Assembly (NCBI GenBank): GCA_045837725.1
Contig: JBEWZL010000209.1
Location: 310,001 to 374,000, forward strand
Direction of reading: 5' to 3'
Length of the DNA stretch: 64,000 nt
From: Vermamoeba vermiformis
Taxonomy: Eukaryota
Part shown: positions 14,001 through 26,733 of the stretch, piece after piece
Layout of the letters: each line of letters opens with the position of its first letter
How positions within the stretch are numbered: position 1 is the first letter of the stretch
Translations under genes and position numbers: made by a program
The notes under the pieces: model-generated
What the model was told of the DNA's origin: nothing
Databases searched by the model: none
The model's input: only the letters and a program-made list of their open reading frames with translations

Positions 14001-15592
14001 GTTAATGGCACGTACTGACCGTTATTTCGCAGGCAAATCTTGAACTTCAGAAGATGAACACGCAACTGAGGATAAAATTGGAACGTCAAGAAGAGCAGCC
14101 ACAAATGTACCGCGCGCCCTCTGGCACAACATTCAACGAGGAAATCAAAGGCATGTTGTTCGAACAGATCCGCGACACGATGTTCGGAGATTTGAAGACA
14201 TTCGTAGTATCGGAGATCAAGCGATATCTGCTGTCAAGTGTCAAAGATGACATTATGAAGATGATGTCAACACTTCAAAACAAGGCGATGACGGACATGT
14301 CACTCATGTTGGAACAAGTCACTAAGCCGCCCTCACCCATCCTGCACTATAATAGCAACACCAACCAAGCTACTAATGGCGTGTCAGACGAGCTCAAGGA
14401 CGAGATTGAACAGTTAAAGTCAACTATTGCAAAGTTAGAGGACGAGCTGTCATTGCAAGTCAATGTCAACTCGCAGTTAGTCAAGGAGATGAAAACGATG
14501 CGATTGGACGCGGCTGAAGAAAAAATCAAAGTACGCACAATGGAGCAACAAATAGCACAAATCTTGAAGAATCAAGAAGACTTGCAATTGACGCACATGA
14601 GACTCAGATCCAACACGCCACCTTCACCCGTCAAAACCATCGGATCATTCAGTACTCCTGTAGTCCCTAACAATAGTGCTGGATCAGTACAGCTGATGGT
14701 TTTGGCACCGCCGTCTGAAATTCAAATTCCGGATCAATCCTTGTCACCTACCGCTGCGCACGTGCTCAAGCCCGGTCAAGAAATTCCGCTTTCACCGAAC
14801 GACTCGGCCATTATTATCACAAGGTCACGTGGCAACAGTGTATCCGTGCAGAACGGAACTGGCCCTGGTGCAACGAGCAGCGTGGTGATTCCAAATACGG
14901 ACTCGACAATAATTATTCGATCACGTGCCAACAGTTTATCAATTCAAAGTGCTAATAATGCACCTGCAAACACAAGTTCAAGCACAAACATTGCTAGCAC
15001 CAATGTTACGAACAATAATAATGCTAGCACGTCGGATCTCATCTCGAAGAAGAACAATTTGCACGTGAGTAGTCCGCATCTGTACTTGGATGTTACGGAA
15101 GAGGATCCCGAAGAATCATCTGAAGAGCAATTAGAGCATAGACCTAGAGCATCGACATATGACCCTTCTTTGCTCCAAGGTGCCAGCAGTTCTGCATCTG
15201 AACCCGCGTCGAACCAGATCAGCTCGGGTCCAGCCAAGATTGCATATCACCCAAGCTTAGGCAATATAGCTATGCCGCAGCCTCCCTCCAACGACTCGTT
15301 AGTTACGGGTAGTACAGTCACCCCCGTTGACAGTCGTACGAACAGTAGTGCTGAAAAGACGGATGGATCCAAGAAAAAAATAACATCGCCGAAATTAAGC
15401 CCTGTTGGCGAAGAATCGAGCGTCTCGAGCAGCAAAAAGGATAAGAAGAGCCGAGATAAGAAAGACAAAAAGTCGGCGAGCTCATCTAGCCTGAAGAAAG
15501 AGAAGAAAGACAAAAAAGAAAAAGAGAAAAAAGAAAAGAAGAAGGGCTCGTTTGTGATTAAGTCTCCGAAGAAAGATAAGAAGGAGAAATAA
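11019..15592 (+). CDS. Ras GTPase-activating protein with coiled coil and Lys-rich tail
   Basis: SVFRG arginine finger, signature FLRFFCPAIVSP, LILVSKLLQNLANG; large last exon with coiled coil, S/N-rich region and poly-K C-terminus. Start uncertain. Confidence 0.88.
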
Positions 15593-16010
15593 GTAATATC
15601 AAGCTTTGGTTCGGCCCTGCACGTGGTTTGTTTGTGTGGATCCAAAAACGAATTTATGCAAGGGTCTAAAAATAACTCCTCGCTAAATTGCGCATCGGAG
15701 TTAGACCTCCGACACCAATATTGTATTTGTATATTATGACGTGTACTATAGTATAAATAGAGATAAGATTTGAAAGCAAGACGAGGCAAGTTTTTTGTCG
15801 ATCAGATCGGGTTCGAAACGTCAACTTTTATTCCCCTTCGTTTTGCGCCTGTCGTCCTTATTATAAAGGTATCATACGTTTGATAGGTATAATTATCGTT
15901 CCATGAAGAAACGCTCCTTTAAAAAGTCACGAGCGTTTTTCAGTCATTCAATGCTTGCACGAAAATTATGACCACATAGCACATACTAAACACTTATGAT
16001 TACAAGTAGT

Positions 16011-19000
16011 ATGGCCAACCACTGGTCATCAAATCTATCAGTATACTTAGTATTGATAATAATATTTTGCGGCTTTTCATTCGAGCAAGCTGCATCCGTT
16101 CTGCACGTAAACTCTTCAATGGAGTATAAAAATTGTTTAGGACTGCCAAAACCACCAGGTAAGTATTTTATATAACTGCATTATAATCTAACGATATATT
16201 CGAAGGTTATGATAAACGAAATCCGCTTACGATTGTTGTAAATAATTGGTTTGGATCGAGAATTAATGGACATATAGCCAAAATAATACTTGAAGAGGTT
16301 GTGGGCATTAGAACAACATTACGGGAGGTGGATAATCAAACAGAGAACTGGCCTTTACTTTCATCCGGAGATGCTCACGTTGCGCTTGAAATCTGGTACT
16401 TAAATTATTTTCTAAATTATTTTTTCATTTGTTTATTGTTACGCATTATCGTGTATTTTCAATCGAATTGTTTTTGAAACACACGAATTCTAGATCCCGC
16501 TTTATAATTCTCCGTTTACTTTACTCTTTTTGGTGGATACTAAAAACTTTATCTGTCATAGGGCTACCGATAGTAAAAGGTACATCCAAGACTTCGTAAT
16601 GACGCAGAAAACAGTGGTTCCAGCAGGGCCTTTAGGAATTATTGGTGAAATCGGTACGCTATATATATAGACAAGAATTTATGAATATTAAATAATTATT
16701 TTTCGCGCAACGAAAAGAAACTAAAATTAGTCCTTTTTAAAATCTTAAAGATTGTCGTCACGTGCTGCACTTTTCTTACGCCTTAAATCAAGCCTTAATC
16801 TCTTTGATTTATTATCGCATGCTAAGAGTTAATCCATTGGAGGATCTTGCCTAAAAAGGCATTCCTCTTTTGGTTATTTTTCTTGCCATTCGAATCCGAA
16901 CGACACTCGTGTCAATTTTTTCATGAAACTTGCCCTTATGCCTGTTTAATAACAAATTCTATGCTATATAGGATGGTATATACCGAGATACGTCCAAAAA
17001 GATGTTCCAAAAGTCTTGTTCGGGAAATTCAGCGATGAGGATGCGGCCTACTTCAATAATACATTCTATCTTGGAAGTCCAGAATGGAGCTCATTTGATC
17101 AAAGGATCATTAATTACAATAATTGGAGCTTAACCATACAAAACTTGTCTGGCGAGGACGAACTACTGAGGCTGATTTTGGATCGGTATTACAACCAAGA
17201 GCCGCTATTGTTCTATTTTTGGAAACCTCATCCATTACATGACATCATAGATTTGGTCAAAATTCAATTAGAAGACGCAAGTACGTTACTTACATACTCG
17301 ATCTCGCTGAGTGAGATTCGCGATCTATATTTAGCTAACGGTTAAATGTTTAGTAATTAATGGAACAAGGTTACCATGGTATTCTCCAGACATTTTAGAG
17401 AAGTTTGTTTGGACTGGCTTGGCTTCGTACAGTTACGAAGGATCGTTCTTAGCCAACGGGTTCACGTACTCCAATACCGACCAGACGCAGATTATGGCGC
17501 AGTTGCTTAATGGATCTTCGTACACGGACTCAGCCTGTACGTGGGTGAGAGATCATGAGTCCACCTGGAAGATGTGGGTAGCACCAAGTACGTTCACAAC
17601 ATGCCCTCTTACAACGGTAACTAACGTTTTATTTTTGTTCAGTCGAATACCAAGAAGTGCCTGTCTCACTTCAAATTGCTATGTTGGTCTTAGCGTCATT
17701 TTCTATAGCAGTTTGTGTCTTCTATTTGGTCATGACCCTTATTAAGTAAGTTCGAGCGAAGACACTTTTTGACACTTTGACACGTGACGTGTCACGATCA
17801 GCTCTAACAGATGCGTGTCATTGCACAGTTCCTGACACGCTATGACACGTGTCATAGAATCAAATTAACAGTCATCCGTCATCGCACATATCCTACTCTT
17901 TGCGCAGCATCACGCGACTTCATGCGACTAACAAATGCTTTTTAGGCGCAATACCAAAGTGATCGTAGCAGCCAGCGGCACGTTCCTGATCTCCATGTGC
18001 GTGGGAGGATTTTTCATTTACGGCTCTGTCATTGCTTGGGCAACAAACACCACTCCAGGCTGTGCTATTTTCGAGTGGTTTTTAGCGACAGGATTTGCAC
18101 TGCTCTTTGGCAGTTTGTTCGCTAAGAACGCCCGGATCTACATGCTGTTCTCAAACAAGTCGCTTCAAGTCGTCAAAATTAGTGACCGCGATATAGGTCT
18201 CATCGTCATGTGCTTGTTGTTGGGCGAGTGGGGCATTCTGATCGCTGGTCAAGTCGTTCAAGGTGCTACGTACACCTTTCTTAGTTACCTCACGACTCAG
18301 TATTCATTTTGCATCTTTCACCCTGGCACTGGCATTACATTGCTCGTGTACAACGTAAGTTTTCGAGCCTCGGATCCAGCTGGATCTCGCTACTTAAAGC
18401 ATTAACTCAACGATTGTTTTGATAGGCACTGCTTATAGTCGTTGGTATTTTGATAACAGCTCTCGTCAGCAAACTGAAATTGACACTATATAATGAAAGT
18501 CGATACATGGCACTCGCTGTAAGTAGCTTAAACATGGATCCGGACATAAATCTTAAACTTCATTTTTAGGTATACAATTTTGCACTCGCAGTGATATTCT
18601 TCATCATCGTATTCTTCGTTCAAGATGTCGTAGCCAGATTTGCAGTCACGTGCTGTGCGATCATAGTCGTTGCAAACGTTTCATTGGGCGTGATCTTTGT
18701 TCCCAAGCTGAAACTGCTGTTCAAATACACCGCAGAAGAATTACAAAAAATGAACGACGACCAGCTGAACGCGCTTATTAGAGGCTATAATAAGAAATTT
18801 ACGCCTACTAGCCCCAGCCGAACGTCGATCGATGAGCCTAGACCAGCATTAAATCCAGTCGTAGCAAAAAATATCAATTCAACTATTCCCGTAGAAAATA
18901 GTCATTATAATACCAAAGACTCGGTTCAAGTCAGCACGATTTCGTCCTTTGAAGATGAAATTACGAAGTTGTTGAGCAATGTACGGACAATTACGGCTGA

Positions 19001-19115
19001 AAATGAAGAGCTGAAGAAAGAAAATACTGAATTGAAGGCAGTTGTCGCGAGATTGACCGAACAGCTGAACAATACTAATCATGATAGTACCGATTCAGAA
19101 CATAGTAAAAACTAG
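16011..19115 (+). CDS. Class C (GABA-B/Grl-like) GPCR with glycine-betaine-binding-type (OpuAC/ProX-like) ectodomain
   Basis: Signal peptide; NNWFGSRINGHIAKIILEEVVG, AHVALEIW, GPLGIIGEIGWYIP, PLLFYFWKPHPL; 7TM_3 motifs KVIVAASGTFL, FGSLFAKNARIY, YNESRYM, IFVPKL; C-terminal coiled coil. Confidence 0.85.
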
Positions 19116-19428
19116 AAACTTGTAAATTGTAGATGAATGTAAATAGATTAACATAACTGCAAGTACGCTCAATATTCAAGCACTCCAAACGTGGTACACA
19201 CGAGAAAATATTTGATCAATAAAGCTATCCGCGACTAATTCAAACCCTAAGAAAAATTCTTAATTTAGAGATTTTGCAGAATATTTAACTAAGGTCTAAT
19301 CCAAAAAATTGGCCGGTCGCCTGGCCAAATATCTCGGACTTAACGCGGCGGTAGTTGAATTTTTGTTTCAATGAAAACTCCTTTTTGATTTCACAAAGAC
19401 GTTACTAGACGAACAACACATCTTCCAA

Positions 19429-19650
19429 ATGGCGACAATTACTTATAAAATCAATGGCAAAGATGTTACGAAAGAACAATATGAAGATTTAGAAAGCAAA
19501 ATGACCGACAGAGAGCTTTTCCGATGCAAAAAGATGGCAGATGGAGGCCAATCGACGGACACTGCCACGCATAGAGACACTGGCAGGGAGTATAAAATAG
19601 TGTCCACGACGAAAGGTCAGAAAAGCACCCACGAGATCAAAGACGCTTGA
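19429..19650 (+). CDS. Small hypothetical protein (73 aa)
   Basis: Intronless ATG ORF with protein-like composition between AT-rich flanks; no family recognised. Confidence 0.6.
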   Translation: MATITYKINGKDVTKEQYEDLESKMTDRELFRCKKMADGGQSTDTATHRDTGREYKIVSTTKGQKSTHEIKDA

Positions 19651-20213
19651 TCTTCTGAATTTTGAATTTGTGAACGCAGACATGTAATTAGCTGTATTAT
19701 TAGATCAGTAATTTTCAATAAACGTAAAAATAAATAAAAATCGGTTACTGATAATGCAAGCGGCGATCTCGCGAGCAGATTCTAAAGACCAGCCGTTTAA
19801 AATACTCGAGCATCGCAAGAATTATAATTCTATTACCTATTACAATATTATAGAGATCATAAAGTTCGGTATTAAGATTAGGCAAAGAAGAAATTTTAGT
19901 TCACGTATTCGAATACCCAAATCCAGATTCAGAGCTCAGATCTGCGAGGCGGCCACTAGGTAACTAATTAGCGACATAAATATATGCCATGCCAAACGCG
20001 ACTGATGCTCCTTATCAGTCGAGCTGTATAAAACGTACCAAGCATTACTTTAAATCTGGAGCACGAGACAAAATCTTTATATGGTAAAAGAGAATCTAAA
20101 TGCTACAACAATTCAATTTAAACAAAATAATATCAGTAGAATGCCAGTACTGGATGAAATGTCTAGTCATTAGCACTTGCTGCACGTGGATGCCGATCCA
20201 CAAAACACGAAAT

Positions 20214-21147
20214 TCACACCAAAGCCGCAACGGCTTCAAATCCCTCGCCCAAGTCTTTGAACCTGAAGAGATAGTTAATAATTTGAACCAATACAATAAT
20301 CGTAAGTCATTCTTACGTCTTTTTGTAAGGCGTCCAGAAATTCTTTGGCTTTTCCTTCTTCAACTTCTTGACGACGGTGGTAGACAAGCCAATGAACTTC
20401 TTAATGGCGGCCTTGCGCGACTTGTTGTGCTCCTCCTTGTCCCAGACTGGCATTTCTATCGCTTTGTCCGCTGCGAAGACGAGGTACTCGAGGAGCAGAT
20501 CCGACTCGCCGGCTGCTTTAATCTCCATTGCCTTGGCAACGAGATTTCTCTATAGTATGATAAGTAAGTATGTCTTTATGATAGATAACTAGTTCGTACC
20601 TTAAACGCAGAGAGTCTGCCAGATACTCGATTATACGCGTACGTGTCGCTGTTACCACGTCCATATTTATCATATGGAAAGGCCTTAAGATAGTCGCGCT
20701 CGAGTTTTTTGATGAGCTCCTTAGTCTTGTCGAGCGAAGGCTTCGGTGTACTGGCGGCTAAGCAGTCAACAATGTCTGGATGCTTCTCCGCAGCGTTTGT
20801 AATGACTTCCAAAATTTCTTCTTTGCTCAGAGCCTTCAGTTTACTATCAGAGGAGTCAGTTGCCATCGTCGATTATTTTTAAATAATTATTTTGAATTAC
20901 TTTTCAATTTCGGAGAAATTCCAAATCGAAGGGATCGGTTCCAGAAACGATTAAGGTTAGGTAGTTGCTATACTTACGCTAGAGTAGGGTTGTTCTTCTT
21001 TCTTTTCTTGGTCGGAGGCTGCACAACGTCCTCGACGTCGCTGACAACGTCAATGTCAGCCAGATCGTTCTCGCCGCCGGCTAAGTCGATCTCGGCCTCA
21101 TCGAATGAAGAATCTTCGTCGACTTGCGCTCTCTTTCTCTTGCTCAT
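20214..21147 (-). CDS. Hypothetical nuclear protein (4 exons)
   Basis: In-frame splicing joins MSKRKR...acidic...KKRKK, LKALSKEEIL...DTYAYNRV, RNLVAKAMEI...MPVWD and FKDLGEGFEAVAALV*; two basic NLS-like clusters. Confidence 0.7.
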
Positions 21148-21359
21148 GTTGTTGCTCGTTCTACAGGTTAGCAAAAATAGCTGCAACAAAAATTGGTTGG
21201 CCCTTAAAGGACCAGATGAATTCCCAAGCATATCTCGGCTTAGATTTTGGAATGCAATATCATACGTGGTACGTACGGATAGTGATATATTGAGTTAAGA
21301 TATAAGGAGTTAATTTCGTTGACCCGATCGAAGATCAAACTAACCTTTTATTCGTTTCT

Positions 21360-22957
21360 TTAGAACATTATGTCGATGGTGTGCGCGTCAACAACAGTAA
21401 CAGCTTCGCTGCATTGATCAATGACCGTTGGTTGCCATTGAGCTTGCATGGGCTTGCTGCCGTCCAAAACAGCCAAGTTTGAGAATCTGACCTTGCCGTT
21501 GGGGTAATCTTGACAATCTTGCATACCATAGACTTCCTATATTGCAAATAATATTATTAATATCAATATGAAGGCTAAATTACGCTAATAAATGAAAAAT
21601 TTCAAAATGTAGGCAGATCGCGGGTTGTTTTTACCAAAGTAACGAAGGCGAAAGGCTCCAAAGAATGAGTATCGACGACAAGGTTGCTGCTAATGCTAGA
21701 GGTCTTGTCGATGCATTGAATCGACCAAGTGTTGTTCTTGTTCAAGAACATTTTACCCAAGATCACGTCGTTTGATTGAACCCTCTTCAAAGGACTAGCA
21801 ATGATATAACATTAATATGGTTGAACATATGCGAGAGTACCATTATATTCAAAATTACCTGTAGATGGCGTTTCCGGATCCCCATCCGACGTACCAGCTG
21901 GCAATAGACCAGTACTGCGTAACAAAAGCGTTAGATCGATTGTATTTGGTCTATATTGCTACATAAGCGAGTATATAAGGCTAATCAAGCATTGAATTTC
22001 CTTTAGTGATTTTTCTAAGCCCGTGTAACGGTCAAAAGGGTCTTTTAAGTAGTGCGGATGTGGCACGAGACAAATCGATTCATAAGCGTAATTAAGTGCT
22101 ATAACAATATACTTACGTTGCCACCACCGGCATCCGAAGGACCCCATTGCAAAACGGGTTGAATGATCGTAGGCGGGGCTTGTCTCTCCTTAGTTTCTGG
22201 ATCAATTGAGACAACGCGTCAGTATCATGCATGATAGCACTTTCAAGTGTTGTTCTTTGATTTGACAATTTGCTTCAAACAACAAACGGTACAAAAGGGC
22301 TTACCAAAGAAGTTGTTCTGCAATCCGGTGAACAAGAAGACTGTTTGAGCATCGTTCGATTGAGGTGTGGGAGGAACAGTCCTATAAAAATAAATGTTAA
22401 GAATCACAATCGTAACCGCTAAATAGAGTAATAAAATAACGGTCGTTTTCGTGAATCTGCTTATTAGCTTACCATTGACCAATGAAGTTAGTAACAGTAT
22501 CCATAGTATTGTACACTGCGTAGGCCTAAATGTACAAAGAATTAGTACGTGCAGGCAAGCCTCAAATCCAGCGCCAAACTGTCGCGATCAAATAATATTA
22601 AGTTCGCTATTAATATTACTTACAACCCAACCAGTTTGCAATTGACGAGCTTGTTTCATTGCTTCCTTGCACGGAGGCAATTCTTTGCGAGTACCATTGG
22701 CGAACTTGATAAACATCTGATCAACGGTATGATGTTGAATAATAGCGTCTTCTTCCTCAAGACGGTGGACCTAAAAATTAATAAATTAATGACAATATTG
22801 TTTAAATTTATTACTACAAATAACCATTTAAAAAAAATTTGTGAAGCGGATGTGAACTTACGCAGTGACGAGGAAGATAGCCGGCAGGGGTCAACACCAA
22901 GTCGCTAGCGACTACGATGCCTAATAAAGCAAACGCGCAGATGATCAAAACTTTCAT
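21360..22957 (-). CDS. Secreted G1-like (glutamic peptidase/ConA-fold) protein, many small exons
   Basis: Spliced: MKVLIICAFALLGIVVAS, VLTPAGYLPRHCVH, WTVPPTP...QTVFLFTGLQ, IIQPVLQWGPSDAGGG, YWSIASWY, FVTLEVYG...CQDYP. Family call comes from recalled motif resemblance. Confidence 0.7.
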
Positions 22958-23090
22958 TTGTGTTACTGAAGATAGATGAAAGTTGAAAAAATCAAAAGCC
23001 GTTTCTCGATCTAGATCTGTCGACGAACGCTTTCAAAACAAGCAGCTAAACCTGGCAATCTCCGCACACTGATATAAAAGGGATCCGGTC

Positions 23091-24360
23091 ATGTACACCG
23101 CAACAGATGAGAAAGCTGTTGAGAAACTTGCTGGAGATCTAGTACAATCTAGCTTGAAGATCGACTGAACGAATGACCGAAAGATAACTTCGTTAGAGGT
23201 TTAGAAAAATATTCGTGGTCAATACGAGTGGTCCCCAAAGCCATTGATGTGAGTACCAATTATGGTTATTATGTTTGACGAAACTAATGCAGCAACACAC
23301 TTCCTACAGAAAGAAAAATTAGTTAAGATGCCCAGTCATTCCTATGCGGCAGTTGGTTGACCTCAAGATTGCGCAATTACTTCTTGAGGCCGGAGCTGAC
23401 CTTAGCCATCGAATCCACCAGCAAATGGACGGTCTTGCACTTTGCGGCACTAACAAAAATAAGGAGATGTTTAATATGCTGTGAAGCAGCCTAACATTGC
23501 TGGTAATTACGCTTAATAATTTTAATTCAATTTTTCAATTTTAAAAAATTCGTGCAAGCTGGATTCCGTACGTTGGTGTAAACACCAATAATTAATTCTA
23601 TAGTTGTGACCTGATATAACCTTTTTTTTATTGTACAAATAATTCATTTTCACCAAGAAAGGTGCGTAGATTGACGCCACTCGACGACACAGTACCGGGA
23701 GGTCGATCCGAGAGCTCCTGCGGTTTGCTTTTTTTTTTTCCCTTTTTGTCTTGGTTCAGTCAAAATGCTCAAGAGTGCACAGTGTCTGCAGCGAGTTTTG
23801 AGTCCTTCCTTCGAGAGATTCACTGGTCAGCCGTCGTTCTATTTTTAGGTGCGTATCTTGCCAGCCGTGTGACTGAGCTCATCCCTGGTGGCAACTAATA
23901 TGACTTGTTGAAAAAAGAGCCCGAACTCGATGCTCAAGACACTATCGATTGCCATCGAGATCGCGCGTGGCATGCAGTACTTGCATCGGTCGTCGCAAAT
24001 ACAAAGGCACACTGACTTGGCAGGGCCCTGAAGAGTCGTCAGACTACATTGAGATGAGCGACATCTATTCATTTGGCATTGTGTTGTGGCACCGTGCCAC
24101 ATACGAGGGTCTTGATTTGATTGCCGTTCGGCCAGTTAAAGGTTGGTTATTAATTAATAACTAGGCAATATCTTTTACTTAAAATTTTTTTAGCGTACTG
24201 ACCGATTCCATCTCTTATAAGACTGATTTCAATCCCAAACAGACAATTTTTCGACCGGTGATGGCCGCTAAAGCTACAGCCGATTTTTACGGCAGAGAGT
24301 ACTCTACTCCTTCGAACTACACTGCCAACATGGGGCTTGAGTGCCAGATGGGGCAAGACA
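23091..24360 (+). pseudogene. Degraded ankyrin + TKL-kinase gene remnant
   Basis: Fragments IAQLLLEAGADL, WTVLHFAAL, IAIEIARGMQYLH, GTLTWQGPE, SDIYSFGIVLW lie in shifting frames with stops; the HRD-DFG region is missing. Confidence 0.7.
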
Positions 24361-24540
24361 TAGGTAAATTAACCCCATAGATTCGCTTTATTGCCTGCTT
24401 TATTTTCCTAAAAAGGAAACACACGAGCAAAAGCAGAACCTTTTCACTGAAATTTCCATTTCTTCGATTTATACTGCAGGCGGTTTAAACTTTATTCGGC
24501 TTGTGTGCGTTTCATTTCCATTTTTTTACGTATACCCACG

Positions 24541-26530
24541 ATGAACACCAGAACCGCTTTAATTTTCGTCTTTGCAGTACAACTCGTGGCTGCGCAATCC
24601 CCGATCCTCTTTTTTTCAGATTTGGTGGATGGGCCGCGCTCTGGCAATTCTGATACCTCTCAAGGGCAGCCGGCTGGTACGCACGGAGCCATCGTCACGA
24701 TTTGGGGAAAATACCTTGGTTCCTCGCAAGGCACTAGTAAAGTGTATTGCGGTGGGGTCGAAGCACCAGTTGTCTACACTTGGAGCGATGCAACTGAGCC
24801 AGCAAACCTTTACGCCTCTCACGGCATGCAAATGATCGCCTTCCAGATCGCCGGCACTACTCCGCTAGGAGACCAGACAATTCATGTCGTGGTCGACGGT
24901 CAAACTTCCAACGACCTTCCCTTCCACGTCCGAGACACTGGTGCAATTATTTTCGTCAGTACTTCGGGCACCGATGGAGATGGACGAGGTTCCTGGACAA
25001 GCCCATTCCGCACTATTATCAACTCTGATTACGACGGAGCGTTCAACAAGATGGAAAAGGGTGATATTGTTTACGCACTTGATGGTGTTACTGCTACCGC
25101 GCAAGTGCTCGACGGTTGCATTGATACCCAGGTCGACGGTGAGTACTCCTTGCCAGCAGTACAAAAAATACTAGACACTAATAAATACTACAGGAGCGTA
25201 CCGGTTGTCTTCGGCTCTAATTGGATACCCAGGAGCGACCGTTAATGTTGGTGCGGATGACTGCAGTGCCGTAAGAACTTTCGTCAGTGGCATCGGATAC
25301 ACAAAGTACTGGACGATGGCAAAGCTCAACATTGTAGGTACCTTGGAGACTGGAATTCCTATGTACGACGGATGGCGAGTTATTGGCAACAGATTCGAGT
25401 GCAAGAAGGTGTACGATGCCAGTCAATCCGGAATCATTTCAGGCTCGGGAAACAACTTGACAGCCGCCGGAAACGAACTGCTGCACACAGCTCAGACAAA
25501 TGCCGCTACCGTGTCCAAGTTGGAGCACGTGCTTTACTTTCAATCGGAGCGACAAGAAGAAGCTCCCCGTCTGCCCACAGAGTACAACAAGGTGGTCGCT
25601 TGGAACTACTTCCACGACAATTACGTCTACTGCGCTGTCAACTTCTACAGTGAAGGCACTAATTCAGGCTATTTCGAGGAGAACTACATTCACGACAATG
25701 TGATCATTAATCAACGTGGTGCAGGTATATTAGCAGGCCCGTATATGACAGGAAACAAGAATTACATTTACAACAACATGATCTACAACGCTGGTCTGGG
25801 ACCTGAAGGACCTGAAGGCTGTTCTGGTCAAATTGGCCTTCAAATATTTGTGGGCTGGACAACCGGTGTGGAGACAACCATTTATGTCTACTCAAACACA
25901 GTGGTCGACAGCGGTTTCCTAGCGTCTACGTGCGGTTTCACTGGCGCTGTGTACTTCGCTCCTTATCCCAATGCACGCATTGTGTTCCACAACAATATCA
26001 TCTCGCAGGACCCTTCATTCGGTCCGCTTGTTTTGATTGATGATCCACAACAAACTCCGAGCGGTGCTGACTACCAGAATAACTTGTGGTACGGTCAAGA
26101 GGCTCCATCGTGGGATCAGGCAGCGGTCACGGAGGATCCTCTGTTCGTAGACCGGTCTTCGTACAACTTCCACTTGCAAGCCAACTCACCTGCCATTGGA
26201 GTGGGTATTGACACCCGCGATGTAGCAGCATTTGATCTCGAGGGATTGCCTCGCCCGTCTACACCGGATCTGGGGGCCTATCAGTACGCAGCAGCTCCTC
26301 CTGGTGGCTGGTACGTGCCTCCCGTCGCTGGTCCTGGGTCCTCAAGTCCCTCTGGCTCCGTTGGTCCCACCAGTTCGGCCAGTCCTTCCGGCGGTGGTTT
26401 CTCCCCGTCAGGAAGCAACAGTCCCAATGCGCAGGCTCCTTCGTCGACGCAGCGTCCTTCTTTGGCCTCGCTTGGCTTACTGCCCAACCTTTGCATCTTG
26501 ATGGCTCTTTGTACTTCATTGATAATATAA
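24541..26530 (+). CDS. Secreted IPT/TIG + right-handed beta-helix protein, probable GPI anchor
   Basis: Signal peptide; IPT-like (GAIVTIWGKYLGSSQG...VVVDGQTSNDLPF); one GTGAGT..CAG intron (~25139-25192); Asn-rich beta-helix; EDPLFVD...FHLQANSPAIGVG...PDLGAYQY; S/P/G linker and hydrophobic tail. Confidence 0.85.
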
Positions 26531-26733
26531 ATTCTGTCTTATTAATTGATCATTCAGCAAGATCTGGTATAAATTTTACCGCGGATGCCGCTATCTTCGT
26601 CACAAATCTTTTGACATAGCTGACCTCCGCACGTTCGCGTTGCCGCAATTTCGATGAACTCATACAAAGGGCTCGGACCGGTTTCAGGGCTGAGTTCAAA
26701 TTTCGCTACGTGAGTTAATAATCACCAAGTGAA

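Noticed and set aside
15247-15789. 180-aa Phe/Ser-rich minus ORF
   Set aside because: Antisense shadow of the RasGAP Lys-rich tail.
20780-21298. 172-aa plus ORF
   Set aside because: Antisense to a well-spliced minus-strand gene.
25139-25245. Overlap of ORFs 24505..25245 and 25205..26530 suggesting a programmed frameshift
   Set aside because: Explained by a canonical GTGAGT...CAG intron.
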